NCBI GenBank assembly: GCA_963734535.1
Contig: CAVTHS010000010.1
Coordinates: 1 to 64,000, forward strand
DNA length: 64,000 bases
Source of the DNA: an uncultured Chloroflexia bacterium
GTDB lineage: Bacteria > Chloroflexota > Limnocylindria > Limnocylindrales > CSP1-4
Direction of reading: 5' to 3'
The position numbers were made by a program, and so were the translations under genes. Positions 21,625 through 31,151 of this stretch are shown in pieces; the stretch's first letter is position 1; each line of letters starts with the position of its first letter. A model generated the notes under the pieces. The model was given only the letters and a program-made list of their open reading frames with translations. It was not told where the DNA came from and did no database searches.

Positions 21625-22026
21625 ATGACAGCCCGCCAGTTCCCAATCCGCGTCGGCGCGCGATGGCGCCCGTTCCTCCGCCTCTTCGGAGTGCGGGCCG
21701 GCAACGCGTTCGTCGAGCTGAGCGACGACTTCGACGCGCATTTCGGTCGCTTCCGTCTCCGCACGCCGCTGGCGAACATCGTGTCGTGGCGGATCGAGGG
21801 CCCGTGGCTCTGGATCACGGCGATCGGCGTGCGCCTGAGCATCCGGCACCGGGACCTGACGTTCGGTGGGTCGCCACGGGGCGGCGTGCGTGTCGACTTC
21901 CGGGATCCGCTCCGCATGGGGCCGATCCGGGTTCCCGCCCTCTACGTCACCGTCGAGGATCTCGAGGGGCTGGCGGCGGCGCTCGAGGCGCGCGGGATCC
22001 CGGGCAAGGACGCGCGCCGGCACTGA
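21625..22026 (+). CDS. Hypothetical protein (possible PH-like fold)
   Basis: FGRFRLRTPLANI...LYVTVEDLEGL; codon bias is coding-like. Confidence 0.7.
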   Translation: MTARQFPIRVGARWRPFLRLFGVRAGNAFVELSDDFDAHFGRFRLRTPLANIVSWRIEGPWLWITAIGVRLSIRHRDLTFGGSPRGGVRVDFRDPLRMGPIRVPALYVTVEDLEGLAAALEARGIPGKDARRH

Positions 22027-22129
22027 CCTCGGCCTGGCGCGGAGCTGAGTCCGGCGACGGATACGGCCTGCCCTGGAGCGCGGCGCGGCTTCCGGGCGCT
22101 CCGAGCCCACCCAGACCCGAGCCGACTGC

Positions 22130-22543
22130 CTACCCCTCGGCCGTTCCGCCCTCCCGCCGGGCTGATCGTGCCTCCAGCCAGGGTGCGGCCAGTCTCGCCC
22201 GCCGTTCCGGGGACAGGAGGTCGGCTGCGTGGAGGGCCATCACGGCCCCCTCGATGACCTCCAGGGCGGCCTCGCCACCCGCCCGGTCGTGCGGCGGGAG
22301 GTCCTCAGCCTCCTCGACCACCGCCGCGAGCAGCGGGATCCGGTCGAGCAATGGGCCGACCACATGCGTCAGGTCGCCCCGTTCGTGCTCGGACAGGACG
22401 AGGTCGGCGAGGTGCAGCTCGTCGCGCAGCTCCGGGGTCCAGGCGGCCGCCAGGCGCGGCAGGTCGCCGAGCGTCAGTGCATCGAGCGCCGTCGCCAGTC
22501 GCTCGCGGGGATCGTCATCCGGGGGACCTGCCGAGTCCGTCAT
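22130..22543 (-). CDS. Hypothetical helical protein
   Basis: Follows murC on the same strand; Leu/Ala/Glu-rich, with coding-like GC3. Confidence 0.65.
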   Translation of the reverse strand: MTDSAGPPDDDPRERLATALDALTLGDLPRLAAAWTPELRDELHLADLVLSEHERGDLTHVVGPLLDRIPLLAAVVEEAEDLPPHDRAGGEAALEVIEGAVMALHAADLLSPERRARLAAPWLEARSARREGGTAEG

Positions 22544-22567
22544 CGATCGAGCCTACGCGCCTGGGAC

Positions 22568-24151
22568 TCAGCGCGCCGGCCTGGCCCGGAGGTGGGCGAG
22601 GAGCCGTTCGGCGATGACGTACGACCGGCCGCCGCCCATGACCAGGACGACGTCGCCGTGCTCGACGCGCGGGGCGAGCCAGTCCGCCGTCGACTCGACC
22701 GAGCCGGGCGCCCAGGCCGGCGCCCCGCCACGGGCGCTCACGGCGTCCGCAAGCGCCCCCGCGGAGGTGATCGTCGTGTCAGGGTCGCGACCCGCGTGGA
22801 TCGCCGCGATCACGACACGGTCCGCCCCGGCGAGGACCTCGGCGAACTCCCCGAGCATGGCGGCCGTGCGGTGGAACGTGAGTGGCTCGTAGACGGCCCA
22901 CAGGCGCCGGCCGGGGTAGCGGTCGGCCACGGCGGCGAAGGTCGCCGCCATCGCGGTGGGGTGGTGCCCGTAGTCGTCGAGGACCACGATCCCGTCGACC
23001 TCCCCCTTCAGCTCGAGGCGGCGCGCGACCCCGGCGTACGTCCCGAGGCCGTCGACGATCGCGGCGACCCCGGCTCCTGCGGCGCGCGCCGCCCCGGCTG
23101 CGACGAGCCCATTCTCGGCGTTGTGCCGGCCCGGCGGGCCGATCCGGGCAGTGACGGTGCCCCGGGCCGACAGGCCCGCGATCTCGAGCCTCCCCTCCCC
23201 CGCCGCGCCGACGTTCCAGCGCCCGGCCAGCCCGCTGGCCGCACCGCGAGCGGTCGCGAACGTCGCGGCGAGCACGGCTGCGGCAGCCGTCGGGTCCTCG
23301 TCCGCGCCGATCACGCGCACCGCCACCAGCCGGCCGGTCCAGTCGCGCAGGCCCGCGAGCACGTCACGAACACCGGGATCGCCCGCATTCGCGACGAGCA
23401 CAGGATCGTCCCCTCCCCCGTCGAAGCAGCGGATCCAGGCGCCGAACGCCGCGACGACTGCGGCCCGGTCGGGAAACACGTCCGGGTGGTCCCAATCGGC
23501 GTTCGTGAGCGCCCCGATCGCCGGGCGGTACGCGTCGAAGTTGCCCGCATACTCGTCGGCCTCGACCACGAAATGGCGTCCGCCGCCCAGGCGAACGGTC
23601 GACGGCCCCGGCCCTCCGACGAGCGCCTGGGGCAGCAGCGCCCCCACGAAGCCCGAGGGGTCGAGCCCCGCCTGCGTGAGCAGGTGGAGGAGCCAGCCCG
23701 TCGTGGTCGATTTGCCGTGCGTGCCGGCCACCCCGATCAGGGCCGCCCCACGGGTCGCCGCAGCGTCCGCCACCAGCTGCTGGACGCTCGTCGCCGGGAT
23801 CTCGGCCGCCCGGGCGGCGACGAGCTCGGGATGGTCGGGCTGAACCGCCGTGAGGGCCTTGGTCACGGCGATGCGGTCGACGAGGGGCAATCCCGCGTGC
23901 GAGACGTGCTCCGGGTCGTGGGTCCAGCTGAGATGGATCCCGGCATCCTCGAGCGGCGGTGTGTACGGCGAGGGGCCGCCCGCATCGCAACCTGACGCCC
24001 GCGCTCCCACCTGCTGCGCGAGGAGGCACGCGGCCGCGGCGGCCGCTCCGCCGGCGCCGATGACGTGGATCCGCTGCCCGGCGGGAATGGGCCGGGCGGG
24101 CCGGGCGGGCTCCAGGCCGGCGCCGATCTCCGCGGCGTCGCGGTGGATCAC
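22568..24151 (-). CDS. murC: Mur ligase, MurC/Mpl-like
   Basis: IHVIGAGG, GTHGKSTTT, VVEADEY, DWDHPD, GRHNAEN, RRLE, DDYGHHPT and GDVVLVMGGG motifs. GTG start overlaps the upstream TGA. Confidence 0.8.
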   Translation of the reverse strand: MIHRDAAEIGAGLEPARPARPIPAGQRIHVIGAGGAAAAAACLLAQQVGARASGCDAGGPSPYTPPLEDAGIHLSWTHDPEHVSHAGLPLVDRIAVTKALTAVQPDHPELVAARAAEIPATSVQQLVADAAATRGAALIGVAGTHGKSTTTGWLLHLLTQAGLDPSGFVGALLPQALVGGPGPSTVRLGGGRHFVVEADEYAGNFDAYRPAIGALTNADWDHPDVFPDRAAVVAAFGAWIRCFDGGGDDPVLVANAGDPGVRDVLAGLRDWTGRLVAVRVIGADEDPTAAAAVLAATFATARGAASGLAGRWNVGAAGEGRLEIAGLSARGTVTARIGPPGRHNAENGLVAAGAARAAGAGVAAIVDGLGTYAGVARRLELKGEVDGIVVLDDYGHHPTAMAATFAAVADRYPGRRLWAVYEPLTFHRTAAMLGEFAEVLAGADRVVIAAIHAGRDPDTTITSAGALADAVSARGGAPAWAPGSVESTADWLAPRVEHGDVVLVMGGGRSYVIAERLLAHLRARPAR

Positions 24152-26195
24152 GGCTCCGGTGGTGCTCCGGAGTCCCCTGCCGGGCCCGGCTCGGGTTCGG
24201 GCTCCGGCACGGGATCCGGCTCGGGCTCGGCCTCCGGCGCGGGTTCCGGCTCGGGCTCGGGCGCAAGCTCTGGCTCGGCCTCCGGCGCGGGTTCCGGCGT
24301 CGACCCGGCGTCCGGGATCCGGCTCGGGCTCGGCCTCCGGCGCGGGTTCCGGCTCAGGCTCGGGCGCGAGCTCGGGCTCGGGCGCGGGTCCTGGCTCGAT
24401 CACGGGCTCGGCAGCCGATTCCGCCCCGTCCGGGCTGGCCTCGGGCGTGGCCTCCTGATCCACCTGCGCCTCGGTCCCTGGCTCGGGCTCGGTAGCGGGC
24501 GGGAGGGCCACGGGCTCGACATCCCCGAACCGGTCGACCGACGCCCAGCGACGGTCGAGGAACAGGTGCAGCACGGTCGGAAGGGACGCGGAGAATGCGG
24601 CTCGAAGCGCCGGCTCGAGCTCCTCGTCCCGTTCGATCCGGGCGCCCAGGGCGCCAAAGCCCTCTGCGACCCGGACCCAGTCGACCGGGCCGAGGTCTGT
24701 CGCGACCGGCGGGAAGCCGCGCCGCACCTGGTGGTCGTGGATCGTGCCGTACTGCTGGTTGTCGAACACGAGCACCACGGGGTGGACGCCCTCGCGGATC
24801 GCCGTCTCCAGCTCGGCGATCGTCATCCCGGCGCCACCGTCTCCGGCAAGGGCCACGACCGGCCGCCCCGGTCCCGCGAGCGCCGCCGCGACCGCCGCGG
24901 GGATTGCGAAGCCCATCGCGCCGGCCGTGGTGCCGAGGAACGTGCCCGGCCGTCGCAGGACCAGTCCCCGGGCCGCCCACCCGCCGAAGTTGCCGGCATC
25001 GGTCGTCACGATCGTGTCGGGCGACAGGACGCGGTTCAGGGTCGCGACGACGCGGCCAGGATGGACCCCGGGCCCATCCCAGGGGCTCTCGTCGACCCGA
25101 CGCGCGTCCTCGAACGCGGCGCGGTCCGCGGCCATCGCGGCACGCCGTCGCTCGAGGCCCGCGGAGTCCAGGACGCCGGCGCCAAGCACGCGGCGCGCCT
25201 CGCGCAGGAAGGTGCGTGCGTCGGCCGCGAGCGCGATCGTGGGCGCGGCCACGCCGGGTCGCGACACCAGGGGCTCCACGTCGACGTGCGCCCAGCGCGT
25301 CCCACGAGCCGGGATCGCGTACTCGTAGGCGGCGACCTCGTTGAGGCGGCAGCCGAGCACGAGGATCGCGTCCGCCTCCTCCAGCCGGCGTCGGACGGTC
25401 GCCGGGGCGAAGTAGCCGCTCATCCCGAGGTAGCGCGGGTTGTCGTTCGGGAAGACGTCGGGCCGGCGCCACGCCGCGACGACCGGCACGTCCACGAACT
25501 CGGCAAGGCGAACGAGGTCCGCCGTCGCGCGCGACCGCAGGACGCCACCTCCCGCGAGGATCACGGGCCGCTCGGCATCGAGCAGGAGGTGCAGGATCCG
25601 GCGAACGTGGACCGGGTCCGGCGACGGCATGCGGGACGGCCCCAGCGCCGTCGCGGAGACCGTGCGCACCGGCGCGTCGGCGACCACCTCGCTCGAGGAG
25701 GTCCTCCGGGAGCGACAGCAGCACCGGGCCCGGCCGCCCGGTCGTGGCGCGACGGAGCGCCTCGTCGAGGATGCCCGGCAGCGCGGCAGCGTCGCGAACC
25801 TCGCGCGCCCAGCGGCAGTACCCGCCGATCGTGGCCGCGAGGTCAACCTCCTGGAACGCCTCGCGACCGCGGACGGACCGCTCGACCTGGCCAACCAGCG
25901 CGATGACGGGGAGCGAATCCGCGTGGGCGACGTGGAGGCCGATCGCCAGGTTCGCCGCGCCGACCGCCCGCGTCGCAAGCACCACCGTCGGGTGGCCGCT
26001 CAACGCCGCGGAGGCCGCGGCCATGAACGCGGCGCCGCCTTCGTGACGCGTGGCGACGACCCGGATCCCTGCGCCAACGAGGCCGTCGAGGAGCGGGAGG
26101 AAGCTCTCTCCAGGGACGGTGTACGCGACCCTGACCCCGGCCGCGGCAAGGGCGTCGGCGATGAGGCGGCCCGCCGTCCGCGGTGTCCCGGTCAC
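24148..26195 (-). CDS. Thiamine diphosphate-binding enzyme (acetolactate synthase-like) with Pro/Glu-rich tail; apparent frameshifts near 25692 and 24315
   Basis: VPGESF, RHEGGAAFMA, REAFQE, TTDAGNF, GAMGF and GDGG...DNQQYGTI ThDP motif. Confidence 0.82.
24155..24495 (-). repeat. Low-complexity (PE)n/PEPAPEAE-coding repeat
   Basis: Repeated GAGCCCGAGCCG and GAACCCGCGCCGGAGGCCGAG units on the minus strand. Confidence 0.8.
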
Positions 26196-26208
26196 GGATG
26201 TCCCTTTC

Positions 26209-26700
26209 CTAGCGGTAGTTGGAGAACTGGAGCGGAACGGTCTCGTCGAGCTCGCGCAGGCGGGTGATCACCTTCTGGAGGTCATCCTTGCTCTTGGCGC
26301 TCACCCGGACCGCGTCCCCCTGGATCTGGCCCTTGGCCTTCGGGAACTCGTCGCGAAGGATCTTGGTGACCTTCCGGGCGAGGTCGTCCGGGAGTCCGCT
26401 CCGGAGGCCGACGTGCTGGCGAACCTTCATCCCGCCTGCCGGCTCGATGGGCCCCCAGTCGAAGATCTTGAGCGAGAGGCTTCGTCGAACCGCCTTGGTC
26501 TCGATCAGCTCGCGGATCGACTTCGCCCGGAGCTCCGAGTCGGCGAGGATCGCGAGGGCATCCTTCTCCTGGGTGATCTCCGCCGTCGCGCCCTTGAAGT
26601 CGAAGCGCGTGGCGATCTCGCGCCGGACCTGGTCCAGCGCGTTTCGCAGCTCCTGGGCATCGAACTCGGAGACCACGTCGAAGGAGAACTCGCCAGCCAT
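26209..26700 (-). CDS. yajQ: YajQ family cyclic di-GMP-binding protein
   Basis: SFDVVSE, RFDFKG, QIQGDAVRVSAKSKDDLQ and LQFSNYR motifs. Confidence 0.95.
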   Translation of the reverse strand: MAGEFSFDVVSEFDAQELRNALDQVRREIATRFDFKGATAEITQEKDALAILADSELRAKSIRELIETKAVRRSLSLKIFDWGPIEPAGGMKVRQHVGLRSGLPDDLARKVTKILRDEFPKAKGQIQGDAVRVSAKSKDDLQKVITRLRELDETVPLQFSNYR

Positions 26701-26782
26701 CGGTTCCTCCGTGTCACCCGGCGCGCACGCCGGGGTCCTGCAGTCGTTGCGCAAGTATGCCGATCGCGGAGGCGCCTGTCCC

Positions 26783-27388
26783 TCAGCCGGCGCTGCGGGC
26801 CGCGGCGCGGCCAGCGGGATCCTCCGCGCGGACCCCACCCTTCGCCGCGGCCGTGTCCGCCGGATCCGCCTGCGGTGCCCCACCCGCCGCCCCCGCCGCG
26901 ATCGCGGTCGCCCGCTCCACGAGGAGCTCGAGGGCGGCGCTGGCGCTCGCAGCCTTGTTCGCCTCGCGGTCGCCCGACCAGGTGAATCGACGGATCTCGA
27001 TCCCGGCCGGATCGGCAACGGCCACGTAGACGAGGCCGATCGGCTTCCCCGGCGTTGCCCCCGCCGGCCCGGCGATGCCCGTGACGGCCACCGCAAGATC
27101 GACGCCGAGCCGCGCTCGAGCTCCGGCCGCCATCGCCCGGGCCGCCTGTGCGCTCACCGCGCCGTGCTGCTCGATCACCGGCGCCGGCACCCCAAGGAGC
27201 TCCCGCTTGATGGCATCCGCGTACGCGACGACCCCGCCCCGGAGGTAGCCCGACGAGCCGGCCACGTCCGTGAGCGCGTCCGCGATGCGGCCGCCCGTGC
27301 AGGATTCCGCGGTCGCGACGGTGAGGCCCGCCGCCAGGCAGATCTCCTGGAGACGCTCCGCGAGCGGGCGCAGCCCCGGATCCGCCAT
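26783..27388 (-). CDS. cinA: CinA C-terminal family NMN deamidase (PncC-like)
   Basis: AESCTGG, GSSGY, GAVS and TGIAGP motifs. Confidence 0.9.
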   Translation of the reverse strand: MADPGLRPLAERLQEICLAAGLTVATAESCTGGRIADALTDVAGSSGYLRGGVVAYADAIKRELLGVPAPVIEQHGAVSAQAARAMAAGARARLGVDLAVAVTGIAGPAGATPGKPIGLVYVAVADPAGIEIRRFTWSGDREANKAASASAALELLVERATAIAAGAAGGAPQADPADTAAAKGGVRAEDPAGRAAARSAG

Positions 27389-27396
27389 CCGCGACC

Positions 27397-28797
27397 TCAG
27401 GTCCGGTTCGTCTGCTTGGGCGGATCGGGCGGCTTGAAGAGCCACGTCTCCGGCGAGCCGCCCGTTCCCAGGACCCCCAGGCTGGTGCCGTTGAGGGTGT
27501 ACGACGTCGCGCCGGAGTTGCCGGTCCGGACCTCGATCGAGGTGGTGCCGCTGAAGGTCAGCGTCTGCCCGTCGTTGGCGACGAGGCCTCCGCTGCCGGT
27601 CGTCTTCGACACCGCGCCGTCGACCCACACCTTGAGCCAGGCACGGCCGCCGGAGACGGCGACGACGAGGTTCACGCCGCGATAGACCACCGTCACGTTG
27701 CGCGTGAGACTGGTGGTCTTGCCCTGGCCGCTCGTCGCCACGATCGTGAGCGCCCAGCGGCCGGCAGTCAGGTCGAGGTTGGCGGAGAAGGACCCATCGT
27801 CGGCCGGCGTGACCACCACGGGCGCAGGCGTCACGGGCGTGGGGGCCGCGGAGGCGGCGCCCGGCGACGCACGTGTCGGGGCAGCGGAAGCCGCGGGCGC
27901 GGCGCCCGGCGGCGGACCGAGGTAGGCCACGGCGACGTTGACCGTCGTCGCGTCCGTGGCGTGACCGGCCACGGGGATCGCCCCGTTCTGGAACGTCGCG
28001 CCATCGGCGGGTGAATCGACCGTCAGCGTCGGAGCGACGACCGGGCTGAATGGGACCGTGATGAGGAGCCGGATCGGCTGCACCGCCGCCTTGCCGGTCT
28101 TCGGATCCACCGCGCTCACGTCGAACTGGTTCTTGCCGCGGCGGAGATCGACGGTCGCCAGCCACGTGCCGTCACCGCCGGCGGTCAGGTTGAGGGGGTC
28201 GCGGCCGGGCGCCTCGATGGTCACCAGCCCGCCAGCGACGGTCAGGCCGCGGAGCGTGTAGGTCGTGGCGTTCTCCGCCACCTCGGTCACCGCCGTCGGC
28301 GGCTGCGTGACGTTCAGCAGCGGCGGCTCCGAGAACCGGATCAGCTGGAAGCCGATGTAGGCGAGGATGGCGAGCACGACCAGCGTGACCACCGCCGCGA
28401 CAATGATGCCGGAGCTGAGCACGAGACCCTTGCGCGGCGCGGCCAGCGCCTGCGGCATGACGATCGCCGGCTCGGGCACGCCCGCCGGGGCGTCCCGGTG
28501 CCATTGCGCGATCGCCTCCTCCGGGTCGAGCCCCAGGTACTGGGCGTAGTTGCGAAGGAAGCCGCGGACGTAGACCGCACCCGGCAGCGCTGCGAAGTCT
28601 CCCCGTTCGAGCGCGGCCAGGTATGCCCGCCGGATCTTCGTCTCGCGCTCGGCGCGGAGCAGGTCGATCCCGCGCGCCTCCCGGGCCGCGACCAGGCGCT
28701 CCCCGAGCGGATCCGCACCCGCGCCCGGACGCCGGTCCGCGGCCGGCTCGCGATCCGGCTCCGTTCCCAGGGGGCGAGCGTGGTTGCGCGTGGTCAT
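27397..28797 (-). CDS. rodZ: RodZ-like protein (HTH-TM-Ig-like-DUF4115)
   Basis: LGERLVAARE, YVRGFLRNYAQYLGL, one TM segment, and C-terminal WLKVWVDG and RTGNSGA; located downstream of ftsK. Confidence 0.8.
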   Translation of the reverse strand: MTTRNHARPLGTEPDREPAADRRPGAGADPLGERLVAAREARGIDLLRAERETKIRRAYLAALERGDFAALPGAVYVRGFLRNYAQYLGLDPEEAIAQWHRDAPAGVPEPAIVMPQALAAPRKGLVLSSGIIVAAVVTLVVLAILAYIGFQLIRFSEPPLLNVTQPPTAVTEVAENATTYTLRGLTVAGGLVTIEAPGRDPLNLTAGGDGTWLATVDLRRGKNQFDVSAVDPKTGKAAVQPIRLLITVPFSPVVAPTLTVDSPADGATFQNGAIPVAGHATDATTVNVAVAYLGPPPGAAPAASAAPTRASPGAASAAPTPVTPAPVVVTPADDGSFSANLDLTAGRWALTIVATSGQGKTTSLTRNVTVVYRGVNLVVAVSGGRAWLKVWVDGAVSKTTGSGGLVANDGQTLTFSGTTSIEVRTGNSGATSYTLNGTSLGVLGTGGSPETWLFKPPDPPKQTNRT

Positions 28798-31151
28798 CTC
28801 TCGTCACCGTCGTCGACGTCGGCGGGTGCCACCCCGGCGTTCGCCTCGCGCCGAAGCACCTGGCGGGCGTTCGAGCCGTCGAACGGCCCGATGTAGCCGC
28901 GCGCCTCGAGCTGGTCGATGATGCGCGCCGCCCGGGCGTACCCGATCTTGAGACGGCGCTGCAGCAGCGACGCCGAGGCGCGATCGTACTCCTGGACCAC
29001 GCCGACGGCCTCGCGCAGGAGCCGGTCCGCGTCGTCGTCGGCGAGGTCGTCGACCGATCCGGTGGACTCCTCGTCGTCCTCGATGATCCCCAGGTCGTAG
29101 TGCGGCTCGGCCTCCGCGCGCCAGTGGGCGGTGACGGCCCGGATCTCCCGGTCCGCCACGAAGACGCCCTGCAGGCGGATCGGGCGCGGCAGGTCCGACG
29201 GTTGGAAGAGCATGTCGCCGCGGCCGATGAGGTCCTCCGCGCCGGGCGCGTCGAGGATCGTGCGGGAGTCGATCTGGGACGCCATCGCGAACGCGATCCT
29301 GCTCGGGAAGTTGGCCTTGATGAGCCCTGTCACCACGTTGACCGACGGCCGCTGGGTGGCGAGGACCAGGTGGATCCCGGTGGCTCGCGCCTTCTGGGCG
29401 AGCCGGACGATCGGGTCCTCCACGGTCCGGCCGTCGCGCATCATCAGGTCCGCCAGCTCGTCCACGATGATCACGATGTACGGCAGCCGGTCGGCCGGGT
29501 CGACCCGGGTCTCGTTGTACGAGGTGATGTTGCGGGCCGTGGCTCCCGCGAACTTGCGGTAGCGCATCTCCATCTCGCCCACGGCCCACTTGAGGGCGGC
29601 CTTCGCGCGGTCCGCCTCCGTGATCACCGGGACGAGGAGGTGCGGCATCCCGTTGTAGTCGGCGAGCTCCACGCGCTTCGGGTCCACCAGGATGAGCCGG
29701 ACGTCGTCGGGTGTCGCCCGCATGAGCAGGCTCGTGATGAGCGCGTTGACCATGACGCTCTTGCCCGAGCCCGTGGCGCCCGCGATCAGGAGGTGCGGCA
29801 TCCGGGCGAGGTCGGCAGCACGCGCGTGGCCCGCGACGTCGCGGCCCAGCGCGAACGCGATCTTCGAAGGGATGGCGACCACCTCGGGATCCTCGAGGAT
29901 CCGCCGGATCGCGACCACGTTGAAGTCCATGTTCGGGATCTCGAGGCCGACGACCGTCTTGCCGGGGATCGGCGCCTCGATCCGGATCGTCCGCGCGGCC
30001 AGCGCCATCGCGAGATCGTCCGAGAGGGCTTCGATCCGGCTCACCTTGATCGACGGGTCCGGCTCGACCTCGTACTGCGTGACGACCGGCCCCGCGCTCC
30101 AGCGCGTCACCCGGCTGGGGATGTTGAAGCTGGCGAGCTTGCCCACGATGATCGCGGCGTTGCGGGCGTGGTCCATGCCCACGTTCGACGCCCGCGGCAC
30201 GACGTCCTCGAGGAGCGTCATCGGCGGGAGACGGTACTCGCGGCGCACGGGCGGTGCGGCAACGCCCATGCCGCCTCCCGCGGGTCCGCCCGCCCCGGGG
30301 CTGCCCTCGGCGACCGCGACGCGCCCCGGCGCCGTCCCGGCACCATCGGGGAAGAGCGTCATCCGCTCCCCCGTGATCGGGGCCGGCGGCGGCCCGGAGA
30401 AGACCGAGGAGACCTGCGCGGGCTGTTCGAACGGCGACGGGATCTCGGGTCGTGCCGCGTCGCGCGCGCTCCGCCCGTCCCGCACGGTGGCACCGCCGCC
30501 GGGCGACGGTGCCGCTTCGGCCCGAGAGCGGCGGACCTGCCCGATGGCCGCCGATCCGGCCGATGCCGCGGGCGCCGCGAGCGCGTTGCCGAGGCCCCGT
30601 GCGCCGCGACCGAATGGCGCGAGGAGCTCGCGGACCGGCCGGTCGAGCGCGATCACGAGCCCGGCGAGGAGGACGCCGACGAAGACGATGGACGCGCCGA
30701 GGGGGCTGACCAGGCGGCCCACGACAGAGGCGAGCCACGCGCCGATCCGGCCGCCCGAGCGCCCGTCGAGCATGCCGCCGTCCGCGAGGAGGGCGATGAG
30801 GGCGAGGACCGCGGCATAGGCGATCGCCGACCCCGCGAGCGTCCGGAGCCATCCTGCCCGGACGCCCCCGGCCCGCTCGAGCCAGACCCCCAGGCCGATG
30901 AGGACCAGCGGCAGGAGCCAGCGGCCGGAGCCGAACCATGGCGCGATCACGTTGAGGATCCAGTCCGTGAGCGCGCCGCGCCCCTGGAATACGAGCCCGA
31001 TCAGGATCACGGCACCCAGCACGAGCAGGATCACCGCCACGAGCGATCGTGTCACGTCCGGCGAGAGTCGCGGGAGTCCCGGGCCCGGCGATCGGCGGCG
31101 AGGCGCCCGGGTCCGGGGACGCGCGGCGGGAGGGCGGCGGCGCGTCGCCAC
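28794..31151 (-). CDS. ftsK: DNA translocase FtsK/SpoIIIE
   Basis: N-terminal TM segments, HLLIAGATGSGKS, VDELADLMM, ATQRPS and gamma domain LQRRLKIGYARAARI. Confidence 0.96.
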   Translation of the reverse strand: MATRRRPPAARPRTRAPRRRSPGPGLPRLSPDVTRSLVAVILLVLGAVILIGLVFQGRGALTDWILNVIAPWFGSGRWLLPLVLIGLGVWLERAGGVRAGWLRTLAGSAIAYAAVLALIALLADGGMLDGRSGGRIGAWLASVVGRLVSPLGASIVFVGVLLAGLVIALDRPVRELLAPFGRGARGLGNALAAPAASAGSAAIGQVRRSRAEAAPSPGGGATVRDGRSARDAARPEIPSPFEQPAQVSSVFSGPPPAPITGERMTLFPDGAGTAPGRVAVAEGSPGAGGPAGGGMGVAAPPVRREYRLPPMTLLEDVVPRASNVGMDHARNAAIIVGKLASFNIPSRVTRWSAGPVVTQYEVEPDPSIKVSRIEALSDDLAMALAARTIRIEAPIPGKTVVGLEIPNMDFNVVAIRRILEDPEVVAIPSKIAFALGRDVAGHARAADLARMPHLLIAGATGSGKSVMVNALITSLLMRATPDDVRLILVDPKRVELADYNGMPHLLVPVITEADRAKAALKWAVGEMEMRYRKFAGATARNITSYNETRVDPADRLPYIVIIVDELADLMMRDGRTVEDPIVRLAQKARATGIHLVLATQRPSVNVVTGLIKANFPSRIAFAMASQIDSRTILDAPGAEDLIGRGDMLFQPSDLPRPIRLQGVFVADREIRAVTAHWRAEAEPHYDLGIIEDDEESTGSVDDLADDDADRLLREAVGVVQEYDRASASLLQRRLKIGYARAARIIDQLEARGYIGPFDGSNARQVLRREANAGVAPADVDDGDER

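Noticed and set aside
24155-24495. Repeat array as CRISPR
   Set aside because: Codon-phased degenerate Pro/Glu repeats with no unique spacers, and no cas genes in the window.
22568-25978. 1136-aa ThDP enzyme-MurC fusion ORF
   Set aside because: Best explained by two single-base indels. The corrected repeat tail ends at a TGA overlapping the murC GTG.
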